In this document: piece by piece, positions 37,868-46,142 of the stretch | Layout of the letters: each line of letters begins with the position of its first letter | Numbering within the stretch: position 1 is the first letter of the stretch | From: Thermoanaerobaculia bacterium | GTDB lineage: Bacteria; Acidobacteriota; Thermoanaerobaculia; UBA5066 | Direction of reading: 5' to 3' | DNA length: 64,000 bases | Assembly: GCA_963719225.1 (NCBI GenBank) | Contig: CAVRAY010000001.1 | Coordinates: forward strand, 1,696,001-1,760,000 | The notes under the pieces: model-generated | Told to the model about the DNA's origin: nothing | The model's input: the letters and a program-made list of their open reading frames with translations, nothing else | Databases searched by the model: none | Program-made: the position numbers and the translations under genes

Positions 37868-38283
37868 GCGCGAGCCGGCCTCTCGCGCCGGACGAGGAAA
37901 AGCGTCTCGTCGAGGCAGCGCGGGTGGCGCGCGAGAAAGCCTCGGCTCCGTACTCGGGCTTCCGGGTCGGCGCGGCGCTGCTCGCGGAGGACGGGACGAT
38001 CTATGGCGGCTGCAACGTCGAATCCGCCTCGTATGGCCTGACGGTGTGCGGCGAGCGGACAGCCGTTTTCAAGGCAATCTCGGAGGGGGCGCGGAAGTTT
38101 CGAGCCGTCGCCGTCGTGACGGACGCCGATCCGCCCGCGTCGCCCTGCGGCGCGTGCCGGCAGGTCCTCTGGGACCAGTGCCGTGACATCGACGTCATTC
38201 TCGCGACGCCGGCGCGCGTCGTGAGCCGCATGCGGCTCTCGACGCTGCTCCCGCTCGCCTTCGAGTTCGAGGGGCCAAAATGA
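37864..38283 (+). CDS. cdd: Cytidine deaminase (homotetrameric)
   Basis: 'APYSGFRVGAAL', 'GCNVESASYGLTVCGER' and 'PCGACRQ' motifs. GTGA overlap. Confidence 0.93.
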   Translation: MSASRPLAPDEEKRLVEAARVAREKASAPYSGFRVGAALLAEDGTIYGGCNVESASYGLTVCGERTAVFKAISEGARKFRAVAVVTDADPPASPCGACRQVLWDQCRDIDVILATPARVVSRMRLSTLLPLAFEFEGPK

Positions 38284-38290
38284 GTAGGAT

Positions 38291-38460
38291 GAGAGAGAAA
38301 GAGAAGAGAAGATTTCTTTGAAGGTGAATAGGACAGTGGGAAACCCACGGCGCGCGACGCGTGTTTCGGTTCTCGTCGCGCTGTGCGTCACGCTCACCTG
38401 CGCGGCGCCGACGGCCCCCGCCGCGGAGGCGCGTCACGCGCCTTCCAAGCATAAATCTTC
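38291..38460. repeat. Paired dispersed motif, locus 9 (cdd / deaminase junction)
   Basis: Plus copy GAGAGAGAAAGAGAAGAGAAGATTTCTTTGAAGGTGAA. Weaker minus copy GCTTGGAAGG near 38441-38450. Confidence 0.72.
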
Positions 38461-39805
38461 GGCTTCTTCGGTCGATACCCTCGTCACAGCGGCCCACGTC
38501 CTGACGATGGATGGAACTGATCACGTCTTTTCCCCCGGTGCCGTCGCCATCAAGGGCGGCAGGATCGTCGCCGTCGGCTCGCCGTCGGAGCTGTCGGCTC
38601 TTTATTCTCCGAAGCATAGAATTTCCCGTCCCCGTTCCGCCGTGCTTCCGGGCCTCGTCAACACGCACACGCACGCCGCGATGAACCTCCTGCGCGGCAT
38701 CGCGGACGATCTGCCTCTCATGGACTGGCTCACGAAGTTCATCTTTCCTGCGGAGGCGAAGAACGTTTCGCCCGGCTTCGTGAAGGCCGGAACGCTCCTC
38801 GCCTGTGCGGAGATGATCCGCGGCGGTACCACGACGTTTGCGGACATGTACTACTACGAGTCGGACGTCGCGGCAGCCGTGGACACCTGCGGGATGCGCG
38901 CCGTCCTGGGAGAGACGTGGCTCGACTTTCCCGTGCCCGACCACAAGGATCTCGCCGAATCGATCACGGTGACCCGCGCCTTCCTCGAGAGGTGGAAGGG
39001 TCACCCGCGTATCATCGCGGCCGTCGCCCCGCACGCGGCGTATACGAACGCGAAGGAGTCTTTCCAGGCCGCGAAGGCGCTCGCCGACGAGTTCCACGCC
39101 CCGCTTCTCATTCACCTTTCCGAAACGCGGGACGAGCAGAGGCAGCTCGCCGGGAAGTACGGGACCACGCCCACGAACTGGCTCGACTCGATCGGCTTCC
39201 TGGGTCCGAACGTCCTCGCGGCTCACTGCGTCTGGTGCGACGCGGACGACCTCCGCCTCCTTTCCGAGCGGCACGTCGGCCTCTCGCACAACCCGGAATC
39301 AAACATGAAGCTCGGGTCCGGCGTCGCGCCCGTCGCGGCGGCTCGGCGTGTCGGCATCGCGGTCGGCCTCGGGACGGACGGCGTCGCGGGCTCGAACAAC
39401 GACCTCGACATGTGGGAAGCGATGGACTTCGCCGGGAAGCTCGCGAAGGTCTCTGCGATGGACCCGACGGTGCTGCCGGCGAAGGACGTCCTCCGGATGG
39501 CGACGATCGAGGGCGCGCGGGCGATGAAGCTGGACGACCGCATCGGCTCGCTGGAGAGAGGGAAGCGAGCGGATCTCGCGGCCGTGGACCTCGTTCGGGC
39601 GGGGACGCAGCCCGTGTGGGACCTGTTCTCGACGCTCGTCTCCGTCGTCAAGGAAAGTGACGTCTCGCTCACGATGGTGGAAGGCCGCGTCCTCTGGAAC
39701 GGCAAACGCGTCACGTCCCTCGACGAGGCGAAGGTCATCCGGAACGCCGAAACGTGGCGGAAAAGAATCGCGGCGTCGCTCGCGTCGCCCACCGCGGCGA
39801 AATGA
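38318..39805 (+). CDS. Amidohydrolase, MTA/SAH deaminase-like, with signal-peptide-like N-terminus
   Basis: 'PGLVNTHTH', 'IHLSET', 'AHCVW', 'HNPESNMKL' and 'GLGTDG...NN' motifs. Start uncertain. Confidence 0.85.
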   Translation: MKVNRTVGNPRRATRVSVLVALCVTLTCAAPTAPAAEARHAPSKHKSSASSVDTLVTAAHVLTMDGTDHVFSPGAVAIKGGRIVAVGSPSELSALYSPKHRISRPRSAVLPGLVNTHTHAAMNLLRGIADDLPLMDWLTKFIFPAEAKNVSPGFVKAGTLLACAEMIRGGTTTFADMYYYESDVAAAVDTCGMRAVLGETWLDFPVPDHKDLAESITVTRAFLERWKGHPRIIAAVAPHAAYTNAKESFQAAKALADEFHAPLLIHLSETRDEQRQLAGKYGTTPTNWLDSIGFLGPNVLAAHCVWCDADDLRLLSERHVGLSHNPESNMKLGSGVAPVAAARRVGIAVGLGTDGVAGSNNDLDMWEAMDFAGKLAKVSAMDPTVLPAKDVLRMATIEGARAMKLDDRIGSLERGKRADLAAVDLVRAGTQPVWDLFSTLVSVVKESDVSLTMVEGRVLWNGKRVTSLDEAKVIRNAETWRKRIAASLASPTAAK

Positions 39806-41112
39806 GCCTCTTCGTCCGTACGATCGTGAAGAAGCGCGACGGCGGCGAACTGTCGGAAGGCGAGATCGGCGCCTTCGTCTCCGGCGTCACGGATGGAACG
39901 ATCACGGACGAGCAGGCGGCCGCGTTCCTGATGGCGGTGTGCTGCCGGGGCATGACGACCGCCGAGTCGGCCGCTTTGACGTTCGCAATGATGAAATCGG
40001 GCGAGACCTGGGACCTTTCGCGCCACGGCTTCGTCGCGGACAAGCACTCGACGGGGGGCGTGGGCGACAAGGCGACGCTCGTCCTCGCGCCGCTTCTCGC
40101 GGCCGTGGGCGTCAAGGCCGGGATGATGTCGGGGCGCGGCCTCGGGCACACCGGCGGCACGCTCGACAAGCTCGAGGCGATTCCCGGGTTCAAGACGGCC
40201 CTTCCGAAGGCGGATTTCGACCGGCTCCTCGATACCGTGGGGTGCGCGCTCATCGGCCAGACCGACTCGATCGCTCCCGCCGATCGCCGCCTCTACGCGC
40301 TGCGCGACGTGACGGGGACCGTGGAATCGATACCTCTCATCACGGCCTCGATCCTCTCCAAGAAGCTCGCGACCGGGGCTTCCGCCGTCGTCTTCGACGT
40401 GAAGACGGGGAACGGCGCGTTCATGTCCGACCCCCGGGATGCGAAGAGGCTGGGCTCGGCTCTCGTCGAGACGACGCGGGCGACGGGCCGCAAGGCCTCG
40501 GGCTACCTCACGGCGATGGACCGCCCTCTGGGCGAGGCCGTCGGGAACGCGAACGAGGTCGAGGAGTCGATCCGCATGCTCGGCGGCGAAGGGCCGGCCG
40601 ACCTGCGTGAGAACACGCTCCTCCTGGGCGCGGACCTCGTTCTCGCCGCTGGTCTGGAGACGAGCGCGAAGGAGGCCCGCCGGCGGCTGAATGCCGCCCT
40701 CTCCGACGGCCGGGCCCTGGAAGTTTTTCGGAAGCTCATCGCGGCGCAGGGCGGGGACGCGGGAGTCTGCGACGACCCGAAGAGACTCCCGCAGCCCGTC
40801 TCCCGCAGGGACGTCCCGGCGCCCGCCTCGGGAGTGGTCACCCGCATTGAGACGCGGGAAGTCGGGCTTCTCGCGATCGAGCTCGGCTGCGGGCGTACGA
40901 AGAAGGACGACGTCATCGACCCCGCGTCGGGATTTCGGGTGAAGAAGAAGCCCGGCGACGCCGTGGAGAAAGGCGAGCCCCTCCTCGTCGTCGAGCTCGG
41001 CCCGAACGCGAAACCAAACCCCACGTTCTACGACCGCCTCGCGGCGTGCTTCACGATCGCGCCGGCCGGTACTGTCGTCGAGTCGCTGCCCTTCGTCGTC
41101 GGGACGCTCTGA
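39802..41112 (+). CDS. pdp: Pyrimidine-nucleoside/thymidine phosphorylase
   Basis: 'KKRDG', 'DKHSTGGVGDK', 'SGRGLGHTGGTLDKLE' and 'SILSKK' motifs. ATG 39802. Confidence 0.93.
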   Translation: MSLFVRTIVKKRDGGELSEGEIGAFVSGVTDGTITDEQAAAFLMAVCCRGMTTAESAALTFAMMKSGETWDLSRHGFVADKHSTGGVGDKATLVLAPLLAAVGVKAGMMSGRGLGHTGGTLDKLEAIPGFKTALPKADFDRLLDTVGCALIGQTDSIAPADRRLYALRDVTGTVESIPLITASILSKKLATGASAVVFDVKTGNGAFMSDPRDAKRLGSALVETTRATGRKASGYLTAMDRPLGEAVGNANEVEESIRMLGGEGPADLRENTLLLGADLVLAAGLETSAKEARRRLNAALSDGRALEVFRKLIAAQGGDAGVCDDPKRLPQPVSRRDVPAPASGVVTRIETREVGLLAIELGCGRTKKDDVIDPASGFRVKKKPGDAVEKGEPLLVVELGPNAKPNPTFYDRLAACFTIAPAGTVVESLPFVVGTL

Positions 41113-41684
41113 TGGACCGGGAATCCGCGCGCGGCCTCCTGGTCAGCGTTCTCCGTCACGCCCACGCCGGCGAGCTCGCGGCCGGTCACGCGTACCGCGG
41201 ACACGCGGCGTCCGTCTCCGATCCCGCCGAGAAGGCCCGGATCCGGCAGATCGAGGACGAGGAGTGGGTGCATCGCCGGCAGGTCGGGGAGATGCTCGCA
41301 GCCCTCGGCGAGGGCCCGGAGCCTGCGCAGGAGAGGAAGCTCTTCTTCATCGGGAAGACGATCGCGCTCCTCTGCCGGATCGGCGGCTGGTACGTACCGA
41401 TGTACGGCGCGGGCCGGCTCGAGAGCCACAACGTCAAGGAGTACGAAGACGCGGCCGACTTCGCCGTCGACTCCGGACACCCGGAGTTTGTCGAGTGCCT
41501 TCTCGAGATGGCCGAGGTCGAGTGGGACCACGAGGCGTACTTCCGCGGGAAGGTCGAGAGCCACTGGCTCCGCCGCGTGATCCGCGTCTGGCCGGCGATC
41601 CCTCCGAAGGGCTCGATCCGGACGGACTTCGCCCACCGAAATTCTGGCTATGCGATGCCGGCCCGCGAGCCGCTCGCCGTCTGA
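41112..41684 (+). CDS. Ferritin-like di-iron protein (COQ7-like)
   Basis: E..(GELAA), ExxH (EEWVH), E (GRLES) and ExxH (EWDH) pattern. TGATG overlap. Confidence 0.7.
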   Translation: MDRESARGLLVSVLRHAHAGELAAGHAYRGHAASVSDPAEKARIRQIEDEEWVHRRQVGEMLAALGEGPEPAQERKLFFIGKTIALLCRIGGWYVPMYGAGRLESHNVKEYEDAADFAVDSGHPEFVECLLEMAEVEWDHEAYFRGKVESHWLRRVIRVWPAIPPKGSIRTDFAHRNSGYAMPAREPLAV

Positions 41685-41712
41685 GCGAAACCGTTCGGGC
41701 GCAACCGGAGAG

Positions 41713-42357
41713 TCAGGGCACCGTCCGCGTCGAGACGGCGCCCGAGGCGGCATGAAACTCCAGCTCGACTGATCCGATCCGGAGCGTGTCGCCGTCGCGA
41801 AGCGGAACGCGGCCTTCGATGCGTTTCTCGCCGTAATAGGTGCCGTTCTTGCTCCCGAGGTCTTCCAGCTCGGCGGTTTCGCCCTTGACGAGGATGCGCG
41901 CGTGGCGACGCGAGACGGACGGGTCTCCGAGCCAGATTCCGACTTCCGGATCACGGCCCAGGACGTTTTCTCCCTCCGAGAGATAGAGGACGTTCAGGCC
42001 CCAGACGAGCCACAGGCGGACTCCCGCACGCCCTCGCGCCGGCGCTCGCTCGGCAACGACGTCCGCCGCGAAGGAATAACCGAAGCCGTGGTGCGTCTTG
42101 ATGAACGCCGGATGCTTCGCCTCGTCCCCGATCGCGGACCGGACGTCGTTCACGAGGCTGGTCAGGTTCGACTCCGTAACGAGGACGTCGGGCCAGATGG
42201 CTGCGATGAGCTCCTCGCGGGAAAGGGCGCGAGGACGTTCCTTCAGGAGGAGCGCGAGGAGGTCGAACGCCTTCCCCGTCAGGTGAACGGGGTCGGGCCC
42301 GCGAAGGAGAAGCCGAGAGTCCTCGTCGAACGTGACCTCGCCGAATCGGAGACGCAT
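41713..42357 (-). CDS. wHTH (Trans_reg_C) + FHA-domain regulator
   Basis: 'LTGKAFDLLALLL..RPRALSREEL...IKTHHGFGYSF' and FHA 'LGRD...SVSRRHA...DLGSKNGT'. ATG 42357. Confidence 0.88.
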   Translation of the reverse strand: MRLRFGEVTFDEDSRLLLRGPDPVHLTGKAFDLLALLLKERPRALSREELIAAIWPDVLVTESNLTSLVNDVRSAIGDEAKHPAFIKTHHGFGYSFAADVVAERAPARGRAGVRLWLVWGLNVLYLSEGENVLGRDPEVGIWLGDPSVSRRHARILVKGETAELEDLGSKNGTYYGEKRIEGRVPLRDGDTLRIGSVELEFHAASGAVSTRTVP

Positions 42358-42446
42358 GGCGTTGTTCCGATTATCGGAGGGAGAAGGCAGGTTTATCCCA
42401 CGAATTCGGAAGGACTCGATAGGGGGCGCGGAACGACCTTCCTGCC

Positions 42447-42974
42447 ATGCAGGAAGATCGGGTCCGCCGCACAACGAGCTTCGCCTGCGCCGCGTTCGTC
42501 GCCGTCGCGATCTGTGCTTCGGCCGGCGCGGCGCCGCTGCAGGGAGGGCGAGAGGGCGCGAGCCGGACTCCCACGCGCACGCTCGTCGCCGCCGCATCCG
42601 CCCGCGCGTCGGCGAAGCTCCTGAGGCCCGAATGCCGGGAAGTGCTCTCGGACTTTCGAAATGCCGAGGGCAGGCGACTCTCGGAGATCCTCGAGGAGCG
42701 CCGAATGGGTGCCAACGAGTTCCTCTCGACCCTGTTCTTCGTCGACGGCCGGGCCACGCCCTTGTGCGCGAGCGGCAAGGCCGCTGCGGGAGCGAACCCG
42801 GGAAGCATCTTCATCGGGGTGTGCAAGGAGACGTTCGCCCGCGTGGATGCGGCCGACCCAGGCCTCGCGGCCAACGTCGTCATTCACGAGATGCTTCACG
42901 CCCTGGGTCTCGGAGAAAACCCGCCGTCGAGCGAAGAGATCAGCCGGCAGGTGGGAAAACGCTGTGGCTTCTGA
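42447..42974 (+). CDS. Small secreted HEXXH (zincin-like) protein
   Basis: Signal peptide and 'VIHEMLHALGLGENPPSS'. Four Cys in the mature part. Confidence 0.7.
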   Translation: MQEDRVRRTTSFACAAFVAVAICASAGAAPLQGGREGASRTPTRTLVAAASARASAKLLRPECREVLSDFRNAEGRRLSEILEERRMGANEFLSTLFFVDGRATPLCASGKAAAGANPGSIFIGVCKETFARVDAADPGLAANVVIHEMLHALGLGENPPSSEEISRQVGKRCGF

Positions 42975-42998
42975 TGCGGGATTAGACTTGTTCCCAAC

Positions 42999-45575
42999 TT
43001 GACGCTCGCTCCCGGCTCGAAGCTCGGCCCGTACGAAGTCGTCTCGCTTCTCGGCGCGGGCGGAATGGGTGAAGTCTGGAAGGCTCGTGACGCGCGACTC
43101 GGAAGAGAAGTCGCGATCAAGGTCCTGCCGGAAAATTTCTTGGAAGGTGAAGAGAGAAAGCAGCGCTTCGAGCGCGAGGCGAAGCTGTTGGCGAGCCTGA
43201 ATCATCCCGGAATCGCAACTCTCTACTCATTCGAAGAAATCCCCGGTTCTCCCGGTTCTCCTCCCCGGCACATCCTCGTCATGGAGCTTCTCGAAGGCGA
43301 GACGCTGCGCGAGCGGCTGCGAGCGGGGCCGCTGCCGCCGCGCAGAGCCGTCGACTTGGCCGTCCAGATGGCGAAGGCCCTCGCTGCGGCGCACGAGAAT
43401 GCAATCGTCCACCGGGATCTGAAGCCCGAGAACGTTTTCCTGACGAAGGACAGCCGGGTCAAGATCCTGGACTTCGGTCTCGCGAAGCTCACGCGGCGGG
43501 AAGCAGCGGTGGAGAAGCTCACGGAGGCCGGGACGCTGTCCGTCCTGACCGACGCGGGCGCGGTGTTCGGGACGGCGGGTTACATGTCTCCGGAGCAGGT
43601 TCGCGGCGAGCCTGTGGACGCCCGCTCGGACATCTTCAGCTTCGGCACGATCGTCTACGAGATGCTTTCCGGAAAGAACCCGTTCCGGGCGGCCACGACA
43701 GCCGAGACGATGACGGCCATCCTCAAGGAGGACCCGCCCGAGATTAGCGCGAGCCAGCCGAGCGCTTCTCCGGCGCTGGAGCGGATCGCCCGCCGGTGTC
43801 TGGAAAAGAACGCCGAGCAGCGTTTCCAGTCGGCGCGCGACGTGGGCTTCGCGCTCGAGGCGCTTTCGGGCTCCGCTTCCAAGGACACTGTCGCGGCTCC
43901 GAACAAAGCAGGCGGGTTCCTGCCGCGGCGTCCTTTCGCGGTCTTGGCCGCGAGCGTGTTGCTGGCTGCGGCGCTCGGTTTCCTGGGCGGCAAGGAGTTC
44001 ATGCCCTCGGCACTCCCGACCTTCAAGCGCCTCACGTTCCGACGGGGCTCGAACCAGTCCGCCCGGTTCGCGCCCGACGGGCAGACGGTCGTCTATGGCG
44101 CGGCGTGGGACGGCGGGCCGATTCGGGCCTACTCCACGGGCCTGAGCGGCCCCGAGTCGCGGCCGCTGGACCTCCCGAACGCCGACGTCGTGGCGGTCTC
44201 TCGCTCGGGCGAGCTCGCCATCCTCCTGAACCGGAATGACGGGGGTGTTCCCTTGAACACGGGCACCCTCGCGCGCGTGCCGCTCGCAGGCGGCGCCCCC
44301 CGCGAGCTCCTCCGGAATGTCTATGACGCGGACTGGTCTCCCGACGGGAAGGAGCTCGCCGTAGTGCGGCGTGACGGAACCCTCAGTCAGCTCGAGTTTC
44401 CGATCGGGACCATGCTCTACCGAGGCGCGTTTTACCGTGCCCGTGTCTCCCCGGACGGGAAACTCGTGGCCTTCCTGGAGAACGCAGTCGGCCTCTGCGT
44501 CGTGGACCGAGCGGGCAAGAAGCGGCAGCTCACCGATTGGCGCATGCGGTTTCCCATCGGCGGCGTCGCGTGGTCGCCGAAGGGCGACGAGGTCTGGTAC
44601 GCGGGGAGCGAGGGCATCGGCGACTCCCTCTACGCCGTTACGCTTTCGGGGAAGCAGCGGGTCGTGGCTCGCTTCCCTTCCTTTGCCGTCCTCCAGGACA
44701 TCTCGCCGGGCGGCCGCGTCCTCGTCACGCTCGGCGAGCTGCGGAGCGGGATCATCGGGCTTCCCCCGGGAGAAACCCGTGAGCGCGATCTGTCCTGGCT
44801 CGACTATCCCAGTATCGTGGTCCTCTCGAAAGACGGGACGACACTCCTCTTCCACGAGTCGGGGGAGGGAGTCCGTGGCACAAGGACACTCTATCTCCGG
44901 CGGACCGACGGGCTCTCGCCGCCTGTAAGGCTCGGCGAGGGGTCTGGAGAGGCCCTTTCGGATGACTTGAAGTGGGTGCTCGCGATGCGGAAGGGTGTCA
45001 AGGCGGAATGGCTTCTCTGGCCCACGGGAGCCGGGGAATCGAGGGTCGTCCGCGGGTCGGACCTCGAGCTCGAAGGGGGAGAATTCTTCCCCGACGGCAA
45101 ACGGCTCCTCCTGGAGGGCCGGCAGCCGGGGCGGCCCGCGAGGCTGTTCGTCATGGACCTTCCAGATGGAGAGCCGCGCCCGCTCACGCCTGAAGGCATC
45201 GTTTTTCTCAACGGACAGGCAGGGGTCTCTCCCGATGGTCGGTCCGTCGCGGCGAAGGGCCCCAACGGAGAGATCCTCATTTTCGGCGCGGACGGTGGAG
45301 AGCCCCGGACACTTCCGGGCCCTTGGGAATCCCGGGTTGGCCCGTGGAGCGCGGACGGGCGATCGTTTTACGTGTCGGAGCGCCAGGGGACTGTCATCAA
45401 GGTATTCCGGCGAGACCTCGCGAGCGGCCGCCGGGAGCCCGTCCGGGAAATCACCCCCTCCGATCCGGCCGGCGTTTTCGCGATTACCTCGCTCCTTTCC
45501 CAGGACGGGGCGTCCTACGTGTATGCCTACTGGCGCCACCTCTCGAACCTCTACGTCGTTGACGGGTTGAAATAG
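42999..45575 (+). CDS. Hanks-type Ser/Thr kinase + TM + TolB/PD40 beta-propeller
   Basis: 'GAGGMGEV', 'VAIK', 'HRDLKPEN', 'DFGLAK' and 'YMSPEQ' motifs, a TM helix, and repeated 'SPDG'. Confidence 0.93.
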   Translation: MTLAPGSKLGPYEVVSLLGAGGMGEVWKARDARLGREVAIKVLPENFLEGEERKQRFEREAKLLASLNHPGIATLYSFEEIPGSPGSPPRHILVMELLEGETLRERLRAGPLPPRRAVDLAVQMAKALAAAHENAIVHRDLKPENVFLTKDSRVKILDFGLAKLTRREAAVEKLTEAGTLSVLTDAGAVFGTAGYMSPEQVRGEPVDARSDIFSFGTIVYEMLSGKNPFRAATTAETMTAILKEDPPEISASQPSASPALERIARRCLEKNAEQRFQSARDVGFALEALSGSASKDTVAAPNKAGGFLPRRPFAVLAASVLLAAALGFLGGKEFMPSALPTFKRLTFRRGSNQSARFAPDGQTVVYGAAWDGGPIRAYSTGLSGPESRPLDLPNADVVAVSRSGELAILLNRNDGGVPLNTGTLARVPLAGGAPRELLRNVYDADWSPDGKELAVVRRDGTLSQLEFPIGTMLYRGAFYRARVSPDGKLVAFLENAVGLCVVDRAGKKRQLTDWRMRFPIGGVAWSPKGDEVWYAGSEGIGDSLYAVTLSGKQRVVARFPSFAVLQDISPGGRVLVTLGELRSGIIGLPPGETRERDLSWLDYPSIVVLSKDGTTLLFHESGEGVRGTRTLYLRRTDGLSPPVRLGEGSGEALSDDLKWVLAMRKGVKAEWLLWPTGAGESRVVRGSDLELEGGEFFPDGKRLLLEGRQPGRPARLFVMDLPDGEPRPLTPEGIVFLNGQAGVSPDGRSVAAKGPNGEILIFGADGGEPRTLPGPWESRVGPWSADGRSFYVSERQGTVIKVFRRDLASGRREPVREITPSDPAGVFAITSLLSQDGASYVYAYWRHLSNLYVVDGLK
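43131..43242. repeat. Paired dispersed motif, locus 10 (kinase domain)
   Basis: Plus copy AATTTCTTGGAAGGTGAAGAG (core 43137). Minus copy GATTTCTTCGAATGAGTAGAG (core 43230-43238). Confidence 0.78.
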
Positions 45576-46130
45576 TCAGGGCGACGTGCCCTCGCGCCGG
45601 ATGCGCCGGTAGGCGACGACGAGAGCGGCCGTGAAGACGACGCCGAAGATCACGAGCAGCCGCACGAGGGCGGGGTCGGACGAGATCGGAGGCCCCGCGC
45701 CTGCGCGCCATTCGCGATAGTTGCCGAGGACGAGCGTGCGGTCCTTCTGCAGGAACACCCAGCCCGTCGCGAAGATGAGGCACGCGGCGATGAGGAGCCG
45801 GTTCAGGCTCACGCGGCCCGCGCGCACGAGCGCGACGCCCGCCGCGAGGCCCGCGACGTTCGACGAGAGGTAGAGCGTCATGAACATGGGAATGAAAACC
45901 GGGTACGCGAGGACGGAGTCCTCGTGCCACCACATGTGCGAGGTCTCGAAGCCGAAGTGACGCACGAGGAGCTCGATCGGCAGCCAGCTCGCGAAGACGC
46001 CGAAGAAGAGGAGGTCGCGCACGACCGTGCGCCAGACGTGTTCGCTCTCGCCGGTGGCGAGCTGGGCGCGGGCGGCGTCGGCGTGGAGACCGCCGAGGGC
46101 GAACGCCACCGGGATGTCGATCTGCACCAT
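45576..46130 (-). CDS. Hypothetical multi-TM protein
   Basis: RBS GAGG precedes the ATG. About 5 hydrophobic segments and 'FETSHMWW'. Last gene of the operon. Confidence 0.72.
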   Translation of the reverse strand: MVQIDIPVAFALGGLHADAARAQLATGESEHVWRTVVRDLLFFGVFASWLPIELLVRHFGFETSHMWWHEDSVLAYPVFIPMFMTLYLSSNVAGLAAGVALVRAGRVSLNRLLIAACLIFATGWVFLQKDRTLVLGNYREWRAGAGPPISSDPALVRLLVIFGVVFTAALVVAYRRIRREGTSP

Positions 46131-46142
46131 CGAAGCCTCCTC

